DNA of 32,000 bases from Candidatus Saccharimonadota bacterium (GTDB taxonomy: Bacteria; Patescibacteriota; Microgenomatia; UBA1406; GWC2-37-13). This document shows, piece after piece, positions 25,827-32,000 of this stretch. The notes below the pieces were generated by a model. That model was not told the DNA's origin, made no database searches, and worked only from the letters and a program-made list of their open reading frames with translations. Positions within the stretch are counted from its first letter, which is position 1, and each line of letters opens with the position of its first letter. A program made the translations under genes and the position numbers. The stretch covers positions 390,001-422,000 of the forward strand of contig CP066689.1 of assembly GCA_016432445.1 (NCBI GenBank). The letters are read 5' to 3'.

Positions 25827-26444
25827 ATGAAAACTACGTATGCTTTTATTGATGCTGCAAATTTATTTTACGGAGGAGAAAAAAGTTTAGGCTGGAAGAT
25901 TGATTACCGAAAGCTAATACAGTATTTAAAAGAAAAATATAAAATTAAAAAGGTATTTTATTATGCAGGGATAGAACTTCATGGCTTTAAATATTCTTTA
26001 CTGGAAAATAAGCCGCTTGATCTAGAAAAATTATTAAAGCATCTTTTAGATAAATTAAAAAACAAAGATATAACCGAAGAAGAAATATTAATTATTAGTA
26101 AGCATATTAGGCGGGTGAAATTTTATCTAAAGTTAAAAAGATTTGGGTACTTCCTACAACTCAAACCAACAAAAATCTATTGGGATGAAGATAAACCAGT
26201 AAAAAAAGCAAACTGTGATGCTGACATGACTCTTGATTTAGTTAGGTATATCAATGAATTTAAAGAAGCTTTAATATTATCAGGAGATGGAGATTTTGTA
26301 AGAGCTTTGCTATACTTACAAAGTAAAAATAAAAGAATTTATATCTTAGCTAGGGGAGAAAGAAGCGCCAGAGAAATCAAAAAACTCGCAGGTAGTGATT
26401 TTCGAGACTTTCACAAGCTTCGTAGTAGAATTGAATTTAAATAA
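25827..26444 (+). CDS. NYN-domain (LabA/DUF88-like) protein, putative RNase
   Basis: 205 aa. AFIDAANLFYG, NCDADMTLDL and LSGDGDF motifs characteristic of NYN/PIN-like nucleases. Confidence 0.8.
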   Translation: MKTTYAFIDAANLFYGGEKSLGWKIDYRKLIQYLKEKYKIKKVFYYAGIELHGFKYSLLENKPLDLEKLLKHLLDKLKNKDITEEEILIISKHIRRVKFYLKLKRFGYFLQLKPTKIYWDEDKPVKKANCDADMTLDLVRYINEFKEALILSGDGDFVRALLYLQSKNKRIYILARGERSAREIKKLAGSDFRDFHKLRSRIEFK

Positions 26445-26448
26445 AAAA

Positions 26449-26475
26449 GGAGAGGACATTCGAAATATCCTCTCC
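26449..26475 (+). terminator. Hairpin after the NYN gene, weak terminator candidate
   Basis: GGAGAGGA (26449-26456) pairs with TCCTCTCC (26468-26475) across an 11-nt loop. Only a short T-tract (ACGTTT) follows. Confidence 0.4.
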
Positions 26476-26527
26476 ACGTTTAGTAATAACATTATATACT
26501 AATAACTTTTGAAAATCAAGCTAAAAT

Positions 26528-27052
26528 ATGACTAAAACCATCAAGACGGAGGGGGTGGTGATGAAGAAGAAAAGTTTGCTGGGGAAAGATACAATTATAA
26601 CCCTATTTACAAAAGAGGAAGGAAAAACTGTAGTTGTTGCCAAAGGTATAAAAAAGATAACCAGCCGGCGGGCTCCTCACCTTCAAACTGGAAATCTAAT
26701 TAATGTAATCTTAAGTAATTTTCATGAAAGATATTACTTGCAGGAAAGCCAGTTGATAAGTGCTTTCTCTACAATTAAATCAAAGCAGCAAAAAATAGAT
26801 TATCAGTACCTTTTATTTTTTGTTTTAGACAGGCTTCTACCTGAACGGCAGAAAGAAAAAGAAATATACTTTCTTACAAAAAATTTTTTAGTTGAACTTA
26901 GCCAGAAAGATTTTAACAAACAGAGACTATTGTATTATCTTAACCGACTTTTGTCTTCACTTGGATATTATAAAAGTGAAAGATCTTATCCAGATGTATT
27001 AAGCTCTATTGAAGAAATTATTCATGAAAAAATTCCCTCAAGTATTATATAA
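26528..27052 (+). CDS. recO: DNA repair protein RecO, short form
   Basis: 174 aa. N-terminal OB-fold pattern (EGVV....S.LGKDTIITLFT.E.GK..VVAKG..K..SR). No cysteine anywhere, so no zinc finger. Confidence 0.7.
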   Translation: MTKTIKTEGVVMKKKSLLGKDTIITLFTKEEGKTVVVAKGIKKITSRRAPHLQTGNLINVILSNFHERYYLQESQLISAFSTIKSKQQKIDYQYLLFFVLDRLLPERQKEKEIYFLTKNFLVELSQKDFNKQRLLYYLNRLLSSLGYYKSERSYPDVLSSIEEIIHEKIPSSII

Positions 27053-27058
27053 TTTCTT

Positions 27059-28369
27059 ATGGAAGACATGGAAAAGATTGTTGCATTGGCAAAAAGAAGG
27101 GGATTCATTTATCCCGGCTCTGAAATCTATGGGGGTTTAGGAGGTACTTGGGATTATGGACCAATGGGCGCCCTGCTTAAAAAAAACATTAAAGATATTT
27201 GGTGGAAAGACATGATTCAGCTTCGTGATGATATCGTTGGCGTTGATGCGGCCATTCTCATGAATCCAAAAGTGTGGGAAGCTTCAGGTCATCTGGAGGC
27301 TTTTACCGATCCATTAGTCGAGTGCCGGATAGATCACGAAAGAATCAGAGCTGATCACCAAGATGAAATTGAAGAACATGTAAAAGATCATCATCCCGAT
27401 AAAAATGATTGGACAGAACCCCGCAAATTTAATTTACTAGTCAAGACTTATCTTGGAATAATTGAAGGAAAACAGCAGGAAGTATACTTGCGAGGAGAAA
27501 TTACTCAAGGAGTTCATGTTAATTTTAAAAATGTAGTTGACTCAACAAGAGTAAAAATTCCTTTTGGTATTGCTCAAATCGGTAAAGCTTTTAGAAATGA
27601 AATTACTCCAGGCAATTTCACTTTCCGGTCCCGCGAGTTTGAACAAATGGAAGTTCAATATTATGTTAAGCCCGATGAAAAAGAAAGTATGGAGATTTAT
27701 GAATCCTGGAAAAAAAATCGTATGGATTGGTATTTAGGATTAGGTATTAAGGAAGAAAATTTAAGATTTAAAGATCATTCTCCTGAAGAAAGAGCTTTTT
27801 ATGCTAAAGCTGCGACAGATATTCAATATAAATTTCCCTGGGGTTGGGATGAGGTTATGGGTATTCATCACCGAAGCGATTGGGATTTAAGGAGACATCA
27901 GGAATACAGTAATCAAAAGATGACGTATAGGAATCCTGTAACTGGGGAAGAATACATTCCTTGGGATATTGAAACATCAGCTGGTGTTGATCGATCTTTA
28001 CTTATGTTTTTTGCTGATGCTTATTCAGAAGGAGAAAAAGGCGTGGTTTTAAAACTGCATCCTAAACTGGCTCCTTATAAAGCGGCAGTATTTCCACTTT
28101 TGGCTAATAAACTTGATTTAATCGAAAAAGCAAAAAAACTTTATCTTAGTTTAAAAAATGGATTTATGGTAGCTTGGGATGAGCGGGGTAATATTGGCAA
28201 GCGTTATGCTTCCCAAGACGAGATAGGTACACCTTACTGCATTACTATTGATTTTCAAACTTTGGAAGATAATACCGTTACAGTAAGAAATAGAGATAAT
28301 GCTTCTCAGGAAAGAATCCCTCTTGAGAGTGTAAAAACATATATAATAAAAAAAGTGGAGTCTAATTAA
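27059..28369 (+). CDS. glyQS: Glycine--tRNA ligase, dimeric class II type
   Basis: 436 aa, RRGFIYPGSEIYGGLGGTWDYGP.G...K.NI...W and FRNEI.P..F.FR.REF.QME. Confidence 0.95.
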   Translation: MEDMEKIVALAKRRGFIYPGSEIYGGLGGTWDYGPMGALLKKNIKDIWWKDMIQLRDDIVGVDAAILMNPKVWEASGHLEAFTDPLVECRIDHERIRADHQDEIEEHVKDHHPDKNDWTEPRKFNLLVKTYLGIIEGKQQEVYLRGEITQGVHVNFKNVVDSTRVKIPFGIAQIGKAFRNEITPGNFTFRSREFEQMEVQYYVKPDEKESMEIYESWKKNRMDWYLGLGIKEENLRFKDHSPEERAFYAKAATDIQYKFPWGWDEVMGIHHRSDWDLRRHQEYSNQKMTYRNPVTGEEYIPWDIETSAGVDRSLLMFFADAYSEGEKGVVLKLHPKLAPYKAAVFPLLANKLDLIEKAKKLYLSLKNGFMVAWDERGNIGKRYASQDEIGTPYCITIDFQTLEDNTVTVRNRDNASQERIPLESVKTYIIKKVESN

Positions 28370-28387
28370 TAATTTTCTCCAGAGACT

Positions 28388-28843
28388 ATGAAACAAAAAA
28401 ATATAATGATCGCGGCAGTCGCAGTATTTATTTTAATAGCTTTATCTTTCAATGTTTTCAAAGGTAATTCGGTTAATAAAACTAAAACTAAAACGCCTGT
28501 ATCTCAATCAGAGATTATTCCAACAATTGATACATCTGTTGTTGTTGATCTTCAAGCTAAAAATAATAAAAAAGCTATTGATTTGACTATTGATGGCATT
28601 CCATCTTTGACAACCTCAATTGAGTACTCCCTTTCCTACGAGACTAAACAGCAAGGTTTACAAGGAATAATCGGTACAATTGAAGTTAATAATGGTGAAA
28701 AAAAGAAAACACTTTCACGTGAACTAGGGACATGTTCTTCTGGTACATGTGTTTATCATCAGGTAGTTGGGAACATTAAAGTGGAACTTAAGTTCACTGG
28801 AGCTTATGGAGAGAGGATATTTGAGAAGGAATATAAGATTTAA
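28388..28843 (+). CDS. Hypothetical membrane-anchored protein
   Basis: 151 aa. N-terminal hydrophobic helix IMIAAVAVFILIALSF. I recognise no family. Contains GTCSSGTC. Confidence 0.55.
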   Translation: MKQKNIMIAAVAVFILIALSFNVFKGNSVNKTKTKTPVSQSEIIPTIDTSVVVDLQAKNNKKAIDLTIDGIPSLTTSIEYSLSYETKQQGLQGIIGTIEVNNGEKKKTLSRELGTCSSGTCVYHQVVGNIKVELKFTGAYGERIFEKEYKI

Positions 28844-28845
28844 TA

Positions 28846-28927
28846 AAAATCCAAATGACAAAAGTCAAATTAAATCCAAAGCTTAAAGGTCAAATGATTT
28901 GAAATTTGGATTTTGACATTTGAATTT
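28846..28927. repeat. Heptad-array inverted repeat in the rpsT leader
   Basis: AAATCCA AATGACA AAAGTCA ... TGAAATT TGGATTT TGACATT TGAATTT. AAAATCCAAAT (28846-28856) is a perfect complement of ATTTGGATTTT (28904-28914). A second AAATCCAAA at 28872-28880 competes for the same partner. Confidence 0.75.
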
Positions 28928-28959
28928 ATAATTTTTTGACTATAAAGGGGGTGTAAATT

Positions 28960-29211
28960 ATGCCAAATATCAAATCAGCAAAAAAAAAAGTAAGGCAAGA
29001 TAAAAAAAGAGCAGTCCTTAATAAAAAATATAAAGAATCAATGACTAAACTAATTAAATCTTTAGGAAGGACGGCTAAAAAAATAAGCGCGGAGCAACTA
29101 AAAAAAGCATATTCTATTATTGATAAAGCAATGAAAAAGAAGATTATTCATAAAAATAGGGCGGCAAGATTAAAATCTAGAATTAGTAAATTAATTTCAC
29201 GGGAAAAATGA
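28960..29211 (+). CDS. rpsT: 30S ribosomal protein S20
   Basis: 83 aa, MPNIKSAKKKVRQ..KR...N start. SD-like AAGGGGG lies 9 nt upstream. Confidence 0.92.
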   Translation: MPNIKSAKKKVRQDKKRAVLNKKYKESMTKLIKSLGRTAKKISAEQLKKAYSIIDKAMKKKIIHKNRAARLKSRISKLISREK

Positions 29212-29741
29212 AATATAAAATAAATTTGTTTCCGGCAAAAGAAGAGAACTTGATTGACAAAATAATATATTTTTCTTTTCACTATCTTCGATATATTCTT
29301 GTCATAACACAAATAATAGTCATTGCTGTTTTTTTTTATCGTTTTAAGATAGATCAGGAAATTGTTGATCTAAAAGATGCTTTGATGCAAAAGCAGGAAA
29401 TCATTACTGTTTCTCTACCATTGATAAAAGAGATTAGTGCAATAGAGAAAAAAACGACACAAATAAATGAAATAATGATGAAACAAAATAAACTGGAGTT
29501 ATCTCTAAAGTATCTTTTAAGTGTTTTTCCTGAAAAACTATTTCTCCAAAAATTAACAATTGATTATGATGGCAATTACAATTTAGTAGGTTGGACGACT
29601 GATCCTAACATATTGAGAATTTTTTATAATCGACTTCAAAAAGATAAGCGTTTTGAAAGAATAACTTTAAAAAATATTATCAAGGAAGTAGATGGCTATA
29701 GTTATAGTTTTACATTAAAAAATCCAGTTATCACTAAATAA
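29208..29741 (+). CDS. pilN: PilN-like type IV pilus assembly protein
   Basis: 177 aa. N-terminal KINLFP resembles the INLLP PilM-binding motif. One TM helix, a coiled coil, then a small alpha/beta domain. ATGA overlap with rpsT. Confidence 0.65.
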   Translation: MKYKINLFPAKEENLIDKIIYFSFHYLRYILVITQIIVIAVFFYRFKIDQEIVDLKDALMQKQEIITVSLPLIKEISAIEKKTTQINEIMMKQNKLELSLKYLLSVFPEKLFLQKLTIDYDGNYNLVGWTTDPNILRIFYNRLQKDKRFERITLKNIIKEVDGYSYSFTLKNPVITK

Positions 29742-30320
29742 ATGGCACATACTAATATAGTTAACAAGCTGTTTACCAAGAAAACCAAAGATTATAGTTT
29801 CACCATCGTTTTTTTCATAATTTTTTCTTTTTTTACTTTTTTTGTTATTAAACCTAATTTAACAATTGTTTTTAGTTTGCAAAAAGATTTGGGAGAGTTA
29901 AAAAAAGTTGATAGCGAATATGAGAGAGCGATAATAGGTATTTTATCTGTTCAATCAGCCTTGGAAAAGAATAGAGAATCCTTTCCACTTTTAAACTTTG
30001 CTTTGCCTGCAACTCCTTTAGTCAATCAGGTAATAGATGATGTTAAAAAAGCGGCTTCTGACTCAGGTTTAATCTTGGGCAAAGCTGATATTAATCAAGT
30101 TAGCCTAAAAGAAAGTAAACCTAATTCAAAAAACAAATTTTATTCTATAAATATTTCTACAACTTCAGATTTTAAAAGTGTAGAGAAATTTATTAATACG
30201 GTCATCCAACAGAGGCGTTTAAAAGCGGTTAAAAATCTTAGTATTACTAAAGATGAAAAAGAAAGTACCAATAGTTCGTCTCTTCAGATAAAATTAGAGA
30301 TAGAAGGAAGTTATCTATGA
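29742..30320 (+). CDS. pilO: PilO-like type IV pilus assembly protein
   Basis: 192 aa. TM helix, coiled coil, and a C-terminal ferredoxin-like pattern (FYSINISTTSDFKSVEKFINTV...LKAVKNLSI...LQIKLEIEGSY). Confidence 0.6.
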   Translation: MAHTNIVNKLFTKKTKDYSFTIVFFIIFSFFTFFVIKPNLTIVFSLQKDLGELKKVDSEYERAIIGILSVQSALEKNRESFPLLNFALPATPLVNQVIDDVKKAASDSGLILGKADINQVSLKESKPNSKNKFYSINISTTSDFKSVEKFINTVIQQRRLKAVKNLSITKDEKESTNSSSLQIKLEIEGSYL

Positions 30321-30502
30321 ATCAACGAGAGTTACTAATCATTTCTATCGGAGTTTTTCTTACAATTATTGCATGGATGATTATTGATATTTTTCAAATT
30401 CGCAATCAAAACACAATAAGTCAAAAGATTAAAACTGTAGAAGCAGTACAATTTAAAATTGATGATAAAGTTTTTAAAATATTGAACGAAAAAAAACCCT
30501 AA
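30317..30502 (+). CDS. Small single-pass membrane protein
   Basis: 61 aa, TM helix LLIISIGVFLTIIAWMIIDIF. 4-nt overlap with the pilO-like gene. Confidence 0.5.
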   Translation: MNQRELLIISIGVFLTIIAWMIIDIFQIRNQNTISQKIKTVEAVQFKIDDKVFKILNEKKP

Positions 30503-30506
30503 TTCT

Positions 30507-31799
30507 ATGATGTATAGTGATTTTTATTTTAAATCTAAAAATAGTATATCGTTTATAATATTTATTTTAGCTGGTTTAAGTATATTTAGTTTTCTTATAT
30601 TTTTTTTCGGTTTCAATTCAACAACTACTCGAGCTTCCAAAAAAATTATTAAACGACACGAAATAGTTAATCTTACGGTAAATCAAGCAGCAATCTTTTG
30701 GCAAACTGAAAAAAAAGAGATAGGCTGGATTATCTATGGTGATAATGAAAATTCAGTAAATAATCTAGTTTTTGATGAAAGAGATGTAGGAGATAAAAAA
30801 AATCCTTCATACTATCACTATGTTCTTTTAAAGAATTTGGAAAGAAATAAAGTTTACTACTATAAGATCATAAGTGATAACGAGATTGTTGCAATAAATA
30901 ATAATCCTTTTAGTTTTAAAACATCAAGAAATATTGGGAATTTGATATCAATTAAGCCGGCTTACGGAAAGGTAATGCAGGCTAATGGTTTGCCGGCAGA
31001 AAACTCTTTTGTTCTATTTAATTATCCTAATGCATATACATTAGTTACACTGACTAAGACAACCGGAGAGTGGCTCATACCTTTACAGTCAGTAACCGAT
31101 AAAGAAACAGGTGAACCTTTAATGATAAATGAAGAAATTAACGTAAAGATGGAGTTATTAGCTGCTGATTTAACTTCTTCACTAATTGAAGCTCCAGTAA
31201 AAAAAACTAATCCTTTTGCTCAAACGATAATTATTGGTAAAGATTACAAATTAGATAATGCAGCTGATGTTTTATCTGTTTCCACTTCTTTTAACTCTAC
31301 CCAGCCTTCTAACATCGATATAATTCTTCCTAAAGAAGGGTCAATAATAACTACACGGAAACCTCGCCTAAAAGGAACTGCCATTGCTGGCAAAGAAATT
31401 GAGTTGTCTATAAATTCTATACCTGCATTTAAACAAAGAATTAATGCTAATAATCAGGGTGAGTGGATAATAGATAATCCTGTTGCGATGTCGCCGGGTT
31501 CCTATACTTTAATTATGAATACTCTGAACGAAAAAGGAGGAAAAGTAACCTTAACAAGAAATTTTAAGATAGGCAAAAGTGGAGAACAAATACAAGGTGT
31601 GGCAACAGAATCTGGAACTTTAACTCCTACTATTGTACCAACAGCCACACTTATTCCCACATCTCAAGTAATATCTCCAACCATAATAGAAACAGTTACT
31701 TCACCGACTCCGCCAGTTACTGGATTTGATAGTAAAATTTTTACTTACGCTAGTATGGCTTTGATTATTATTGGTGCAGGCTTCCTCATTGTTTTTTAA
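30507..31799 (+). CDS. Surface protein with an FN3-like domain, Ig-like domain(s), a Thr/Pro-rich linker and a C-terminal TM helix
   Basis: 430 aa. N-terminal TM helix. FN3-like signature (VNLTVNQAAIFWQT...GWIIYG...YYHYVLLKNLERNKVYYYKI). Ig-like segment (RLKGTAIAGKEIELSIN...NNQGEWII...SPGSYTLIM). TPTIVPTATLIPT...SPTPP linker and a terminal hydrophobic helix. Confidence 0.7.
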   Translation: MMYSDFYFKSKNSISFIIFILAGLSIFSFLIFFFGFNSTTTRASKKIIKRHEIVNLTVNQAAIFWQTEKKEIGWIIYGDNENSVNNLVFDERDVGDKKNPSYYHYVLLKNLERNKVYYYKIISDNEIVAINNNPFSFKTSRNIGNLISIKPAYGKVMQANGLPAENSFVLFNYPNAYTLVTLTKTTGEWLIPLQSVTDKETGEPLMINEEINVKMELLAADLTSSLIEAPVKKTNPFAQTIIIGKDYKLDNAADVLSVSTSFNSTQPSNIDIILPKEGSIITTRKPRLKGTAIAGKEIELSINSIPAFKQRINANNQGEWIIDNPVAMSPGSYTLIMNTLNEKGGKVTLTRNFKIGKSGEQIQGVATESGTLTPTIVPTATLIPTSQVISPTIIETVTSPTPPVTGFDSKIFTYASMALIIIGAGFLIVF

Positions 31800-31812
31800 G
31801 CTACGTATAGAT

Positions 31813-31866
31813 ATGCCACTTCGTCCCGCTTAGCGGGACTTCGTTAGGCATTATCCCACTTTATTT
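31813..31866 (+). terminator. GC-rich hairpin plus downstream T-tract, terminator candidate
   Basis: ATGCC...GTCCCGC (31823-31829), loop TTA, GCGGGAC (31833-31839)...GGCAT (31847-31851). TTTATTTT at 31859-31866. Confidence 0.4.
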
Positions 31867-31894
31867 TGAAAGCGAAGGGGTATACAATGAAATT

Positions 31895-32000
31895 ATGGAT
31901 GTAATGCAGTTTATTTCTTCTGTAAATAAAATTAGTCTTTTAGCTTTTTTTATTACCGTTGGTTTTTTGTCTTACGAGATAAATCTTTTATTAAAAGAAA
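31895..32000 (+). CDS. Hypothetical membrane protein, 5' fragment running off the window end
   Basis: The frame from the ATG at 31895 stays open to the window end: MDVMQFISSVNKISLLAFFITVGFLSYEINLLLKE, with a hydrophobic helix. Not in the ORF track. Confidence 0.35.
   Translation, partial: MDVMQFISSVNKISLLAFFITVGFLSYEINLLLKE

Noticed and set aside
31705-31799. PPVTG followed by a hydrophobic helix as a sortase LPXTG or PGF-CTERM sorting signal
   Set aside because: The motif deviates from LPXTG and PGF, and there is no basic tail after the helix. A single example cannot establish a sorting class, so it is kept only as a note within the finding.
31887-31904. Six-codon mini-ORF ATGAAATTATGGATGTAA (MKLWM) behind the SD-like GAAGGGG
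   Set aside because: It is too short to support. It may simply reflect an upstream ATG overlapping the real start at 31895. There is no evidence for a leader peptide.
1-32000. Mobile elements, prophage genes, toxin-antitoxin pairs, restriction-modification or other defence systems, and rRNA or tRNA genes
   Set aside because: No integrase, transposase or defence-associated domains were recognised in any ORF. No tRNA-like cloverleaf signatures or rRNA-like segments were seen. The window is dominated by housekeeping genes.

Overview
AT-rich, tightly packed window, coded almost entirely on the plus strand. It looks like housekeeping DNA from a small-genome bacterium. A CPR/Patescibacteria-like origin is an inference from the missing L30, the DUF4012 gene, the pilN/pilO genes and the compact operons. 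Standard code is supported, since TGA is used as a stop. nt 698-18685 is one long ribosomal-protein superoperon: tuf, the S10, spc and alpha operon genes, then rplM-rpsI. It includes two small genes missing from the ORF track, rpmG (12364-12537) and rpmJ (14741-14854). nt 18729-25496 is a six-gene surface-glycan cluster: GT2, two GT4 genes, a sugar-1-P nucleotidyltransferase, an initiating sugar-phosphate transferase and a DUF4012 protein. After that come an NYN-domain gene behind a 330-nt ORF-poor leader, a short recO, glyQS, an orphan membrane protein and rpsT. rpsT overlaps a pilN-like gene, which is followed by pilO-like, a 61-aa membrane protein and a 430-aa FN3/Ig-like surface protein. 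An edge-truncated minus-strand membrane-protein gene (1-574) is also absent from the ORF track. I see no rRNA, tRNA, CRISPR array, transposase or recognisable defence system. The most unusual content is non-coding. The spacers of the ribosomal operon carry a family of short-period repeat arrays. One type has four tandem heptads followed by their inverted complement, and one such 58-nt element is present twice plus a half copy. The other type has four NTTATAA units at 9-nt spacing and occurs three times. Other oddities: rpsS moved from the L2/L22 junction to between rpsN and rpsH, rpmG inserted after secY, adenylate kinase fused to a second P-loop kinase domain, a promoter-plus-terminator leader in front of rplC, and a symmetric divergent promoter pair upstream of tuf. 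All functional interpretations of these elements are hypotheses.
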